NCBI GenBank assembly: GCA_963532255.1 | Contig: CAUSKO010000001.1 | Coordinates: forward strand, 8,502-72,501 | Direction of reading: 5' to 3' | DNA: 64,000 nucleotides | From: an uncultured Gemella sp. | GTDB taxonomy: Bacteria > Bacillota > Bacilli > Staphylococcales > Gemellaceae | Shown here: one piece after another, positions 34,363-45,415 of the stretch | Layout of the letters: each line of letters begins with the position of its first letter | Numbering within the stretch: position 1 is the first letter of the stretch | The notes under the pieces: generated by a model | The model's input: only the letters and a program-made list of their open reading frames with translations | What the model was told of the DNA's origin: nothing | Databases searched by the model: none | Position numbers and translations under genes: made by a program

Positions 34363-35902
34363 TTTTTAATCTCCTATATTCTATTATTTTATTTCTTAAA
34401 ATAATCAATCCATATGCAGCTAATGGTATTAAAAACACAAAATATGGAAATACGTATCTACTTTTTGCTTCCCATATCATATGAAATAATGTTCCACCAA
34501 TAAAGGCAATAGGTATTATAGTTAAAACTTCTTCTTTTTTTCTGTATATATTTATTGCAAATATAAAAGTGAAGACGTAAACGAAAACTTGAAATACTTT
34601 CATTATGAACATTAATACTTGATGAGTTTCATTAAAATAGATTTGTTTTACAAAGAAATCTTTAATTCTTTCTAATTTGGTTTCATTATCAAAATTTCTT
34701 TGTGGAGCCGTTACTAATAAACTCTGAAAAGAAGGTTCTATAAATTGATTTTCATATTTTCTCTTGTAAAAATCAAAAGCATATCTTGGATTATTTTTAA
34801 ATACCGTTATTCTTTGTTTTATAGAATCTTTAGCTATATTAGTTATACGTTCTTCATCAAAATCTTCTTCTGGCATTATATCATAATTAAATCTATTCCA
34901 CCAACCAGCTTCTCTATCTCCTTCTTGCATCCCCATAGCAATCCATGTTATTTTTGGAACTCCGGGTGCAATTTCTTTTTGACTTGTTGCTTCGTAATAA
35001 TTATAAATTACACTTTTAAAAGCAGTCATTAAGAAAAGGCAACTAAGTATAAAAGCAAGTATTTTCTTATCTTTTTTTCTAATAAAGTATATTATTGCAG
35101 CTCCAAAAATTGCCAACATATGTATCAAATTATTTCCAATAAATAATATAGCTATGTTAATACTTATTGCACTAATAACTAATAAATACCAACTTTTTTC
35201 CTTTGTATATTTAATAAAACAATAATATGCCACAAGGGTTAAAAACATTCCTGGCAATATTCCATATACAAATGCTACATAAAAAATTAAAGGATAACAT
35301 AAAGCACTTAGTATAACCACTAAGTAATTTGTATCTTCATCATCAAATAATATATTAGATATTTTGTATAACATATAAATAATAAAGCTTATCGAAAAAC
35401 TTTGCATTATATATAATATAAAAGTTGCACGACCAAATAGAGATAATATAATTTGGAAAACAAAAACCGTTGTTATTTGGTGCGAATAAATATATAAATA
35501 ATTATTTCCCTTTTCAAGACCACTATAATTTTCTCTTATGAAATTATTAGCTTGATCAATTACATTAAATGGATCAAATTGAACATAATCACGACGTAAA
35601 ATGGCGAATAATATACTTATTATAAAACTATAAATCATAACTATTAAAACTAGTCTTTTTACACTTATAATTTTCTTTAAATATCTCGCTAATATTAAGA
35701 TAACTATACTAAATATTATTAGAAAAATAATATTTAGTATAGTATTATCGTTTTCATAAAATAGTGTTTCTTGATAATCTTTAGGAAATATAGCTGTTTT
35801 TGTTAATACTAAAAGAGTATTTAACCCCATTAATATAAAGAAAATTACAGCAACTACTTTTACAAAAAAGTTAGGTAATTTTTGCATTATTTCCTTAATC
35901 AT
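34343..35902 (-). CDS. Polytopic GT-C-like membrane glycosyltransferase
   Basis: About 12 TM segments, acidic first loop (DYVQFDP), C-terminal WEAKSRY; follows the GT2 gene. Confidence 0.6.
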   Translation of the reverse strand: MIKEIMQKLPNFFVKVVAVIFFILMGLNTLLVLTKTAIFPKDYQETLFYENDNTILNIIFLIIFSIVILILARYLKKIISVKRLVLIVMIYSFIISILFAILRRDYVQFDPFNVIDQANNFIRENYSGLEKGNNYLYIYSHQITTVFVFQIILSLFGRATFILYIMQSFSISFIIYMLYKISNILFDDEDTNYLVVILSALCYPLIFYVAFVYGILPGMFLTLVAYYCFIKYTKEKSWYLLVISAISINIAILFIGNNLIHMLAIFGAAIIYFIRKKDKKILAFILSCLFLMTAFKSVIYNYYEATSQKEIAPGVPKITWIAMGMQEGDREAGWWNRFNYDIMPEEDFDEERITNIAKDSIKQRITVFKNNPRYAFDFYKRKYENQFIEPSFQSLLVTAPQRNFDNETKLERIKDFFVKQIYFNETHQVLMFIMKVFQVFVYVFTFIFAINIYRKKEEVLTIIPIAFIGGTLFHMIWEAKSRYVFPYFVFLIPLAAYGLIILRNKIIEYRRLKNEKSNM

Positions 35903-35905
35903 AGA

Positions 35906-36868
35906 TTATTCCTTTTCATTATTTTCTTTATTTAAAAATTTTTCAATAATAAATCTTGGACGTTCTTTTGTCTCTAGATAAATTTTACCTACATATTCTC
36001 CAACAATACCAAGCGAAATCATAATCATTCCACCGATAAACCACATAGATATCATCATACTAGACCAACCTGGTCTTGCAAAACCTGCAAAATAGCTGTA
36101 TAAAGTATAGAAGAATACTAATGTAGCTATAAATATCATAAGCGCACCACCAACAGTAATGAATCTAATTAGTTTTACTGACAATGAAGTAATACCTTCA
36201 AAAGCAAAAGCTAACATTTTTGATAAAGGATATTTACTTTCTCCTGCAAATCGCTCTGCTCTTTCGTATGTAACTACATCATTTGGATAACCTATCATAG
36301 GTACTATACCACGTAAAAATAAATTAACTTCTTTAAATTCAGCTAATCCATTTAATGCACGTCTACTCATTAATCTGTAGTCAGCATGGTTAAATACTGT
36401 ATTAGCTCCTAATTTTTCCATTACTCTATAAAATGCCTCAGCTGTAAATCGTTTAAAGAATGTATCTGTAGTACGAGCAGATCTTACTCCATAAACTATA
36501 TCACACCCTGCCAGATATTTTTTCATCATTTCATCCATTGCGTTAATATCATCCTGTAAATCAGCATCCATAGATATACTAACATCACAATGATCCTTAA
36601 CTGTCATTAATCCAGCTAATAAAGCATTTTGGTGTCCACGGTTTCTACTTAGATTCACTCCACTAAATAAAGGATTATTTTTATGAAGTTCCTCTATAAT
36701 TTCCCAAGTTTTATCTTTTGAGCCATCATTTACTAAAACAACTCTACTCTCTGGAGAAATTAAATCTTCTTCTATCATAGAATTCATTTTTACTTCTAAT
36801 CTTTTTGCAGTTTCATTTAATACCTCTTCTTCATTATAACAAGGTATAACTACATATAACTTTTTCAT
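35906..36868 (-). CDS. GtrB/CsbB-like bactoprenol glycosyltransferase (GT2)
   Basis: VIPCYNEE, DGSKD, SRNRGHQ, DADLQD, two C-terminal TMs. Confidence 0.9.
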   Translation of the reverse strand: MKKLYVVIPCYNEEEVLNETAKRLEVKMNSMIEEDLISPESRVVLVNDGSKDKTWEIIEELHKNNPLFSGVNLSRNRGHQNALLAGLMTVKDHCDVSISMDADLQDDINAMDEMMKKYLAGCDIVYGVRSARTTDTFFKRFTAEAFYRVMEKLGANTVFNHADYRLMSRRALNGLAEFKEVNLFLRGIVPMIGYPNDVVTYERAERFAGESKYPLSKMLAFAFEGITSLSVKLIRFITVGGALMIFIATLVFFYTLYSYFAGFARPGWSSMMISMWFIGGMIMISLGIVGEYVGKIYLETKERPRFIIEKFLNKENNEKE

Positions 36869-36884
36869 TGCTAATCTCCTATTT

Positions 36885-37916
36885 TTATTTTTTACTTATA
36901 GCTTTATTTAATCTATTTAATAAAGCTATATTTTCTTTATTTTCTTTTATTGGTAATATATATATTTCTTTTATATTTTCTTCATCAAACTCTCTTAGAA
37001 TATTATATAAATTTTTACTAGATTGTTCAACACTTTTCTCAGTTTCTGCTAAATATTTTATGGATATATCTAATCCCTTTAGTTTATTTTTGTAACAATT
37101 ATATGTTATAAAACCAGTTTCTTTACCTTTAGTTTTTAATAAATCAATTAAGTCTTCAAAAGATTGTTTATATAAAATCAACTCCGCTTCTGGTGAATAA
37201 TGTCTATATTTCATTCCAGGCGCAATTGGTGCTTGATTATCACTAATTATTTCATCGTTATATTTTACACTACCCTCTCCTAAGACTTTCTCTATATCTT
37301 CTTTGGTAATTTCTCCCGGTCTAGCTATTACAAGTGGGGTTCTAGTACAATCGATTACTGTACTCTCTAATCCTATATCTGATTGTTCATCTTCTATTAT
37401 AACATCAATTTTCCCATATAAATCATGATATACATGTTCAAATTTGGTAGGTGATGGTTTCCCACTAGTATTTGCGCTAGGTGCTGCTAAAAGGACTTTT
37501 GTTTCTTTTAAAATCTCTCTTGCAGTAGTGTTAGAAGGCATTCTAACAGCCAAAGTTTTTAAGCCTGCACTTACTTTTTTAGAAATACCATTATTTTCAA
37601 TAGCATTTAATATAAGTGTCATCGGTCCAGGCCAGAAACTATCCATTAATTTGTTCACTCTAATATCACTATAATCAACTATATTTTCAAGTTGACTAAT
37701 ATCATAAAAATGAACTATTAGAGGATTATCACTAGGTCTACCTTTAGCTAAATAAATTTTAGAAATGGCTTCATCACTTTTCGCATCAGCACTTAATCCA
37801 TAAACAGTTTCTGTTGGAATAGCTACTAGTTTATTATTTTCATAATATTGGAGTAACTTATCATATATTTCTTTTTTATTTTTACTATTAGAAATATTTA
37901 TTATTTCCGTATTCAT
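36885..37916 (-). CDS. sua5: Threonylcarbamoyl-AMP synthase (Sua5)
   Basis: PTETVYGL, KGRPSDNPLIVH, PSANTSG, PGMKYRHY. Confidence 0.93.
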   Translation of the reverse strand: MNTEIINISNSKNKKEIYDKLLQYYENNKLVAIPTETVYGLSADAKSDEAISKIYLAKGRPSDNPLIVHFYDISQLENIVDYSDIRVNKLMDSFWPGPMTLILNAIENNGISKKVSAGLKTLAVRMPSNTTAREILKETKVLLAAPSANTSGKPSPTKFEHVYHDLYGKIDVIIEDEQSDIGLESTVIDCTRTPLVIARPGEITKEDIEKVLGEGSVKYNDEIISDNQAPIAPGMKYRHYSPEAELILYKQSFEDLIDLLKTKGKETGFITYNCYKNKLKGLDISIKYLAETEKSVEQSSKNLYNILREFDEENIKEIYILPIKENKENIALLNRLNKAISKK

Positions 37917-37949
37917 AGAATCTCCTTTATATAAACTACATACATTATT

Positions 37950-38738
37950 TTATGTTAAAACAATAAATACAGTAACTGCTATTATTAATAGATAACTTAG
38001 ATAATCTAAGCTCTCATATTTTAGTCTCTTATACTTACTTCTTTTAATCGTTGTACTATATCCTCTTACTTCCATTGCAGTAGCAAGTTCATCAGCTCTT
38101 TTTAAAGTTGCAATAAATAGAGGTATTAATATAGGTATAAATTTTTTCACCTTCTGCATTAAACTTCCTTCATTAAAATCTGATCCTCTTGAAACCTGTG
38201 CATTAATTATTCTATTTGTCTCCTCAATAATAGTTGGAATAAATCTTAAAGCAATAGATAATACTAAAGCAAATATAGATATAGGTAACCCTATTACTTT
38301 TAAAAAACCTAGACTTTTCTCTATTGCATGAGTAATTTCACTAGGAGAGGTTGTAGCCATAAATACAACCATTATCATTACAACAAGAATAAATCGTACT
38401 GTTATTAGTAAAATTCCTATTAATGCTCCACTATAAATTTTCATAAAAGAAAATTCTAGCAACATGCTACCCGATTTATTAAAAAACAAATGTACCAATG
38501 AAGTGAAGACAATAAGAAATACAATTGACTTCACACTAGATAATAATATATTATAACTAGTTTTCGAAAGATATGCAGCAACTGCTAAAATAGAAATCAA
38601 AAGTAAAAATTCAACTACACTATGAGCTATAAATATATCTACTAAATATACTATTACAAAAAACAGCTTAGTTCTAGGATCAAGTTTATGAATAACAGTA
38701 TCTAATGGAATATATTTACTTACTATAGAATTATTCAT
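37950..38738 (-). CDS. ecfT: ECF transporter T component
   Basis: LDPRTK, ALRFIP, AQVSRG, AMEVRG. Confidence 0.92.
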   Translation of the reverse strand: MNNSIVSKYIPLDTVIHKLDPRTKLFFVIVYLVDIFIAHSVVEFLLLISILAVAAYLSKTSYNILLSSVKSIVFLIVFTSLVHLFFNKSGSMLLEFSFMKIYSGALIGILLITVRFILVVMIMVVFMATTSPSEITHAIEKSLGFLKVIGLPISIFALVLSIALRFIPTIIEETNRIINAQVSRGSDFNEGSLMQKVKKFIPILIPLFIATLKRADELATAMEVRGYSTTIKRSKYKRLKYESLDYLSYLLIIAVTVFIVLT

Positions 38739-39616
38739 TTACTTCTATCTCCTATTAAAAGTTTTAAACTCTCCATCATTTCCCCGTAATAACGTGGAAA
38801 TGGAATAACTATTCCTTTATTTTTTAAATTTTCATAGAATTTTAATACCTCTGGCATATCTAAAGAATTATTTTCAAGAATCTGTTTATTTGAAAACAAC
38901 TCTTCTGCTGTACCTGAAAAATCCAGTTCTCCTTTATTTAAAACAAATATGTTATCAGCATACTTTAGCACATAATCCATATTATGTGTAACTAACACTA
39001 TTGTCATATCTTTTTTTTGCTGTAATTCTTTTATTAAGTTCATAATATCTTCTCTACTTTTGTAATCTAAACCAACCGTTGGTTCATCCAATATTAAAAC
39101 TTTAGGATTAAGTGCTAATACTCCACATAATGCAACCTTTCTCATTTCTCCGCCAGAAAGTTCAAATGGAGATTTTTCTAGATAATCTTCTCCTAATCCT
39201 ACCATGTTTACAAGTTCAATAGCTTTTTGTTTAGCTTCTTCTTCACTTACTCCATAATTTAATGGGGCAAACATAATATCTTTTAGAACAGTAGTTTCAA
39301 AAAGTTGCTGTTCTGAAAATTGAAAAAGTATTGCTACATCTTTTCGTATTTCTCTTAGTCTCTTAGCTAAATCTTTTTTCTCTCGTTTATTTTTTGGATA
39401 AGAAATAATTGTTTCACCTACAATTACCTCTCCACTATTAGGAACTAATAATCCATTAATATGTTCTATTAAAGTTGATTTTCCACTTCCTGTTTTTCCT
39501 ACGATAACGTTATATGCTTGTTTTTTTAATTTCAAGCTAATATTCTTTAATACTCTTTTTTCAAATACTGTTCCTTTATTATAAGTGTAGTTAATATTAT
39601 TTAAATTAATTTGCAT
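38735..39616 (-). CDS. ecfA2: ECF ATPase A2
   Basis: GKTGSGKS, SPFELSGG, LDEPT. Confidence 0.92.
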   Translation of the reverse strand: MQINLNNINYTYNKGTVFEKRVLKNISLKLKKQAYNVIVGKTGSGKSTLIEHINGLLVPNSGEVIVGETIISYPKNKREKKDLAKRLREIRKDVAILFQFSEQQLFETTVLKDIMFAPLNYGVSEEEAKQKAIELVNMVGLGEDYLEKSPFELSGGEMRKVALCGVLALNPKVLILDEPTVGLDYKSREDIMNLIKELQQKKDMTIVLVTHNMDYVLKYADNIFVLNKGELDFSGTAEELFSNKQILENNSLDMPEVLKFYENLKNKGIVIPFPRYYGEMMESLKLLIGDRSK

Positions 39617-40422
39617 ATTTTTTCTACTACACTCCTTTCATCTTCAGTAATTTTGAAAACTTCTGAACCTAAATATTTATTTAAATCATTTTTTATACGT
39701 TCTAAAAATGGTGTCTCTAGGTTAAACATATTTAAAATATCCGGCTTTGCATACAATAAGTTATAATCTCCAGTAAACACAATTCTGCCGTTATTCATTA
39801 TAACTATATCATCAGAATACTTACTTTCTTCAGCATCATGTGTTATAGAAATAATAGTTATTTCATTTTCCTCATTTATTCTTTTTATATATTCTAGAAT
39901 AGAATATCTTGCCCTAGGGTCAAGCATACTAGTTGATTCATCTAAAATTAATATCTTTGGTTTTAGAGCTAATGCTGAAGCTATTGCAACACGCTGTTTT
40001 TGTCCTCCAGACAAAGAAGAAGGTTCATATTTTCTATATTCAAGCATATCAACAATTTCTAATACTTCTACTATAATTTTTTCCATTACTTCACTGGAAA
40101 TATTTCTATTTTCTAAACCAAAAGCAATATCTTCTTCAACAGTAGCACCTACAAATTGGTTATCTGGGTTTTGAAAGACAACTGCTATACTATTTCTAAT
40201 TTCATCATATACTTCTTTTGTATATTCATTACCACTTATTAATATCTTCCCATCAGTAGGCTTATGTTGTCCGTACAATAATTTCATTAACGTGGATTTT
40301 CCACTTCCATTCTCCCCCAATATACTAGTCCAACTACCTTTTTTTATATTAAGATTTATATTTTCTAGTACGTTTTTTGATGAATTAGAATACTTAAAAA
40401 ATACATTCTCAAATTTTATCAT
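39601..40422 (-). CDS. ecfA1: ECF ATPase A1
   Basis: GENGSGKS, FQNPDNQF, LSGGQKQR. Confidence 0.92.
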   Translation of the reverse strand: MIKFENVFFKYSNSSKNVLENINLNIKKGSWTSILGENGSGKSTLMKLLYGQHKPTDGKILISGNEYTKEVYDEIRNSIAVVFQNPDNQFVGATVEEDIAFGLENRNISSEVMEKIIVEVLEIVDMLEYRKYEPSSLSGGQKQRVAIASALALKPKILILDESTSMLDPRARYSILEYIKRINEENEITIISITHDAEESKYSDDIVIMNNGRIVFTGDYNLLYAKPDILNMFNLETPFLERIKNDLNKYLGSEVFKITEDERSVVEKICKLI

Positions 40423-40517
40423 TATCTTTACCTACTTCTTTAAAACATCATTTCATTATATCAAATTCCAACATTTTTCACAAATTTTAGCTTTATATTA
40501 TTTTTTCCTAATATTAC

Positions 40518-41696
40518 TTAAATCTCGATATTTAGACGTGTTTTTATCGCTTCAATTGTTTTTTCATAGTTTTCTATGAAGAATGTTTCAGGTTCACTAT
40601 CAAGAATTAAAAGCTTATCTTCAAAACCATCTCTTTTAAGTAAATCAATAAGGTGATTTGTAAAATCATCTCTTATATCTTGACTTGCCATACTCATATC
40701 ACGAAAACCATCATTAACATATGCAGATTTTGGTGGGATTAAAACTATAAGATCCCATTTTTCTTTAGAAACAGCAACTTTATAAGATAGATTAAGTGCT
40801 TGATATTCTTCCTCTGAAATAATATCCTTAAGATAGTAGTCTACATAAGCCATAGTCACGGTCGCATTCGTATCAACAAATACAATACCTGAATGACTAC
40901 CACTATCTATTATATTAGAAGTCTGATGATTTTGATAAGCAAAAAGACGAATATAATCATTAGTATCTAATTCATCATCACGAACATTATGTACTTCCTG
41001 ATAATAACGAGCATATTCTAATGATATTGGTGCATTAAAAATTCGTCCTAAATCTTTTATAAGAGTTGTTTTCCCTCCTGAAGCTGAACCTACTACTAAC
41101 ACTTTTTTTGTGAAATGACGTCGAAAAGGCTTAGTAATATAGCGCCAATATGCTAAAGGATTTTTAAGAATCTCAGCACTTGATACTGGAATTATACTTT
41201 TATCGATTATTTTAATACCTACTTCTTTTTTTATAATTGAATCAGAAGACTCAGTATCACTTTTTCCTAAAAGATATTCATCATTAAATACATTTTCAAA
41301 ATAGCTAAGTAACGGCTTTTGATACTTTTCTTCTCCTATATAAAACGTAATCTTTTCAAATTGATAATCTGTATTTTCTTTAATAAGTTCATGTAAAATT
41401 TCCAACCAATTTTCTAAACCATTTTGATTTATAAACATTCCTTCTTCATCAAGTTTGTCCACTACTACTAATTCATCATCATGAAAGACTTCTCGCACAT
41501 AACGAAAACGTCGTTTAAGGTGAAGACCTACACGTGTTCCACGATCTTCTTCAGTATTTGTTCCAGAAACAACTACCAAAACAGCATCATTCTCTCGTTT
41601 TGCTCTAGTTATAAAATCTACATGACCTATATGCATTGGAGCAAAAGTTCCAAATACCACAGCTAATTTTTTTGTTTTTAATAATTTATGTTTCAT
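40518..41696 (-). CDS. nadR: NadR-type NMN adenylyltransferase/ribosylnicotinamide kinase (no HTH)
   Basis: FGTFAPMHIGH, GSASGGKTT, EYARYY, DG(F)R. Confidence 0.85.
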   Translation of the reverse strand: MKHKLLKTKKLAVVFGTFAPMHIGHVDFITRAKRENDAVLVVVSGTNTEEDRGTRVGLHLKRRFRYVREVFHDDELVVVDKLDEEGMFINQNGLENWLEILHELIKENTDYQFEKITFYIGEEKYQKPLLSYFENVFNDEYLLGKSDTESSDSIIKKEVGIKIIDKSIIPVSSAEILKNPLAYWRYITKPFRRHFTKKVLVVGSASGGKTTLIKDLGRIFNAPISLEYARYYQEVHNVRDDELDTNDYIRLFAYQNHQTSNIIDSGSHSGIVFVDTNATVTMAYVDYYLKDIISEEEYQALNLSYKVAVSKEKWDLIVLIPPKSAYVNDGFRDMSMASQDIRDDFTNHLIDLLKRDGFEDKLLILDSEPETFFIENYEKTIEAIKTRLNIEI

Positions 41697-42068
41697 ATTC
41701 TATAATCCTCTTAATATTATTTTTACATATTTTGTAATTTATTAAGTATTAAATAATAATTAATTATTTTCTTTATCATTATAACATATTCTATTATTTT
41801 TATTTAACATACTGCTATATAAATTAATTATATTAAATATTCTATATAATTAAATAACTCACTCTTTTTATTTATCTATTTGTTATTAATCGATATAATT
41901 TTGTCTCAAGAAAAAATTAGTTGACTATTAACTACAGTAAAAAATATAAAGTGTCTAGCTTCATAAAAATGGTTTTCTAGCTTAATTATAGTCAGCTTTC
42001 TAAACATGCAATATGGGAGTATGCTTAACAAAGCGTACTCCCATTTGTTTTATTCCTTATTGTATTAC

Positions 42069-43376
42069 TTATTTTCCAAATAATCTTTGAATATCATTCC
42101 AAGTAACAGCTAACATTAATGCTACCATTAATAAACCAAACGTTATCGTCATATAATATTGAGCTTTTTTATTGATTGGTTTCTTAAATATCGCTTCATA
42201 AATTACGAAAATGATTCGTCCCCCATCAAGTACTGGAATTGGTATTAAATTCATTAATCCTAAGTTAACACTTAGAATACCAGTCCACTGAAGTGTTGTT
42301 ACTAAACCACTTTTAGCTGCACTACTAGACATTTCATAAATAGCTACTGGTCCACCTAATTGATTAAGGCTGAATCCTCCAGTAAACAATGAAGCAAATA
42401 AATTAATAATAGCTGTGAAAATTAAAGTACCATAATGTAAAGTTTCTTGTAATCCATATTTTATCGAATCAACAAAACCTCTTTTAGTCTCTTGATATTT
42501 TCCAATACCTACTTTATAAGCTTTAACATCTTCACCTTTTTTATTTTTCGAAATTTCTTCTTTCGGAGTTACTTTAACTTCCTGTACGGAACCATCTCTG
42601 TCAACTTTTAACGTCAATTCTTGACCATTAGATTCCTTGATTTTTTCAACAAAACCTGTCCATGTTGTAACAGATTGACCATTAACCTCAGTAATCTTAT
42701 CTCCAACTTTTAGCCCAGCAGTCTGTGCTGGTGAGTTGTCAGCAACAATTCCTAATTTGGCATCATTATTGTTAACTGGTACCCCTGTATAAAATGCTAA
42801 TCCTATAAAAATTACAGCAGCTAAGATAAAATTCATAAGTGGCCCTGCAAAAAGTGTCCAGAATTTTTTTCCCCATGAATGAGCTGAAAACATTCTATCT
42901 AATGGTGCTATTTGCTCTTCCATACCTCCGAAAACTACACAAGCATCTTTTCTTACTTCGAAATACTCAGATTCATCTCCAACATACCCTCTAATAAACA
43001 GCTTCTCTGTTAAATCAAAATCTTCTAAATGAATTGGTAATAATTCCATATCATTTGATTCATCTAAAATAATTTTTTCTACTTTATCTTCATTATCTAA
43101 TTTTAATCTAATGTTCATTCCTTTTTTTAAATCATACATTGAAACGTCATTATTAAAATCAAATACATTATCAGGCATTTTTACATATCCACCTAGTGGA
43201 AGTAATCTAATTGTGAAATTTGTTTCACCTATTTTTTTATGAAATATCTTTGGCCCCATTCCTATAGCAAATTCTTGACAAAGAATACCCGACCTTTTTG
43301 CTACTATAAAATGTCCAAATTCATGTATAGTCACTACTACAAAAAATATTAATATAAATGCTATTATACCCTGCAT
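42069..43376 (-). CDS. rseP: RIP metalloprotease RseP
   Basis: HEFGH, PDZ domain, NLIPIPVLDGG. Confidence 0.95.
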   Translation of the reverse strand: MQGIIAFILIFFVVVTIHEFGHFIVAKRSGILCQEFAIGMGPKIFHKKIGETNFTIRLLPLGGYVKMPDNVFDFNNDVSMYDLKKGMNIRLKLDNEDKVEKIILDESNDMELLPIHLEDFDLTEKLFIRGYVGDESEYFEVRKDACVVFGGMEEQIAPLDRMFSAHSWGKKFWTLFAGPLMNFILAAVIFIGLAFYTGVPVNNNDAKLGIVADNSPAQTAGLKVGDKITEVNGQSVTTWTGFVEKIKESNGQELTLKVDRDGSVQEVKVTPKEEISKNKKGEDVKAYKVGIGKYQETKRGFVDSIKYGLQETLHYGTLIFTAIINLFASLFTGGFSLNQLGGPVAIYEMSSSAAKSGLVTTLQWTGILSVNLGLMNLIPIPVLDGGRIIFVIYEAIFKKPINKKAQYYMTITFGLLMVALMLAVTWNDIQRLFGK

Positions 43377-43389
43377 CTAATACCCCTCT

Positions 43390-44172
43390 CTATAACGTCG
43401 CTACTAAGTTTAATAATAGTACTAAACATGGAGCAGAAAGAATAATTGAATCAAATCTATCAAAAATTCCCCCATGACCTGGTAGTAAATTACTACTATC
43501 CTTTACTCCATATTCACGTTTATACGCAGACTCTATCAAATCACCAAATTGACCAATTACACTAATTACTAGAGTAATACCAATTGCTAACACTAAGTTA
43601 GAAAAAATATTAGTTGTAAAATAGAATACAACGGCAATTATTATTGATGATAAACTTCCTATAACTGATCCTTCTATTGATTTATTGGGGCTTATATGTG
43701 GAGAAAGTTTATTTTTACCAAACTTCATTCCTCCAATATATGCAAAACTATCAGTAAACCAAATAGTAAGTAATAGATATCCTATATGTAATAAACTAAA
43801 ACTTCTCAGTGAATTTAACGAATAGAATCCAATAAAAATATATGCAGTAACAAATATAATTGATCCTATTTCTACTAATTTTATTCTATGTCCAGTACTA
43901 ACAACAGATCCTAACATACCAATAATAATTATATATACTATACTATACTGTGATAAACTTAAAATTTCATTATGTAAATATAATACTGCTCCTGCTATAG
44001 ATGATAATCCTAAGATAACTATATTAGTTTCTTTAAACGTCATTCTTACTATTTCATACATTGCCATAACACCTAGAGCATATGTAGTATATTTAAAATA
44101 ATCTCCACCTAAAAATAGAAGTGGTAAAAATACAATTAAAGCTGCGATTGCAGTAATTACTCTAGTCTTCAT
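43390..44172 (-). CDS. cdsA: Phosphatidate cytidylyltransferase
   Basis: [27 protein letters not shown]. Confidence 0.95.
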   Translation of the reverse strand: MKTRVITAIAALIVFLPLLFLGGDYFKYTTYALGVMAMYEIVRMTFKETNIVILGLSSIAGAVLYLHNEILSLSQYSIVYIIIIGMLGSVVSTGHRIKLVEIGSIIFVTAYIFIGFYSLNSLRSFSLLHIGYLLLTIWFTDSFAYIGGMKFGKNKLSPHISPNKSIEGSVIGSLSSIIIAVVFYFTTNIFSNLVLAIGITLVISVIGQFGDLIESAYKREYGVKDSSNLLPGHGGIFDRFDSIILSAPCLVLLLNLVATL

Positions 44173-44920
44173 TTAAACCACCAAACCTTCTATCTCTATT
44201 TTGGTACTCTAATAAAGAACTATAAAATTCCTCCTCAGTAAAATCTGGCCATGCTACTTTTGTAAAAATAAACTCACTATAAGCTATCTGCCAAAGTAAA
44301 AAGTTTGAAATTCTTTGTTCTCCTGATGTTCTTATTAATAAATCTGGATCAGGTGTATTTGCAGTGAAAAGATTTCTACTTAAAGTCTCTTCCGTAATAT
44401 CTTCTATGCCATATTTATCAGATTTTACATCACTTGCAATAGTTTTAACTGCACTAATAATTTCATCCTTTGAACCGTAATTTAATGCAAAAATAAGTTT
44501 TAATCCTGTATTATTTTTTGTTTGTTCAATAGCATCATTAACAGCTTTTTTTGTGCTCTCTGGTAATTTTTCAATTACTCCTATTACTTCAACTTTAACA
44601 TTATTCTCCATTAATTCAGGCATAAAACTACTAAACATTTTTTCCGGTAAATCCATTAAATAATTTACCTCTTCCTTAGGTCTAGCCCAATTTTCAGTTG
44701 AAAAAGCATATAATGTTAAATACTTAATTCCTAATTTCGATGCAAATTTAGTTATTTTTTTTACTGTTTGCATTCCTTCATAGTGCCCTTTTATACGCGG
44801 CATATTTCTTTTTTTAGCCCAACGTCCATTACCATCCATAATAATGGCAACATGCGTAGGTGTTTTTTTTAATTCTGTGTTTATTTCTTCAGATTTACTT
44901 TTTTTAAAAAATTTAAACAT
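44162..44920 (-). CDS. uppS: Undecaprenyl diphosphate synthase
   Basis: [26 protein letters not shown]. Confidence 0.95.
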   Translation of the reverse strand: MFKFFKKSKSEEINTELKKTPTHVAIIMDGNGRWAKKRNMPRIKGHYEGMQTVKKITKFASKLGIKYLTLYAFSTENWARPKEEVNYLMDLPEKMFSSFMPELMENNVKVEVIGVIEKLPESTKKAVNDAIEQTKNNTGLKLIFALNYGSKDEIISAVKTIASDVKSDKYGIEDITEETLSRNLFTANTPDPDLLIRTSGEQRISNFLLWQIAYSEFIFTKVAWPDFTEEEFYSSLLEYQNRDRRFGGLNED

Positions 44921-45109
44921 AATACCTCCTATGCAATACACCTCATTATATCATAAATAGCTGTAAGCAACAAATTTATTGACAATATAAATGTTAAGAT
45001 GATTAACTTAATTATTATATAAGATAATTAATAAAAGTCAAGTTATTTTTTTACCAATTATATATATCTATTACTTCTTATATTTATTATAAAATTTTAA
45101 ACTTTTATA

Positions 45110-45138
45110 TTGCATTGTCAGAAAATTTATGCTAGAAT
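45110..45138 (+). promoter_or_regulatory. Sigma-A promoter of the met operon with a CodY-like site in the spacer
   Basis: TTGCAT-17-TAGAAT with extended TG; CATTGTCAGAAAATT (45113-45127) has 2 mismatches to the CodY consensus. Confidence 0.55.
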
Positions 45139-45149
45139 ATAGTCATTGA

Positions 45150-45395
45150 TTAATTATGCTATGAAAAGTAGAATCCTATACACTACTTTATAGAGAGATC
45201 TTGTATGCTGAAAGAGATTAATTAGGTTTAGGAGAAATGGACTTCGAGCATTTAGTATTTATACTACGGGTATGCCCGTTATAGCAGGAGTTATGAAAGT
45301 AACTTATTGAGGTATAATAAGTGATTATTATACAAATAAAGGTGGTATCACGTTAAGACGTCCTTTAGCTTATGCTAAGGTACGTCTTTTTTTCA
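45150..45395 (+). promoter_or_regulatory. T-box riboswitch (Met)
   Basis: AGAGA/GCTGAA stem I, GAA-ATG specifier (45237-45239), AAGGTGGTATCACG T-box, terminator AAGACGT...ACGTCTTTTT. Confidence 0.9.
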
Positions 45396-45415
45396 TATAA
45401 AGAAAGGAGAATTTT

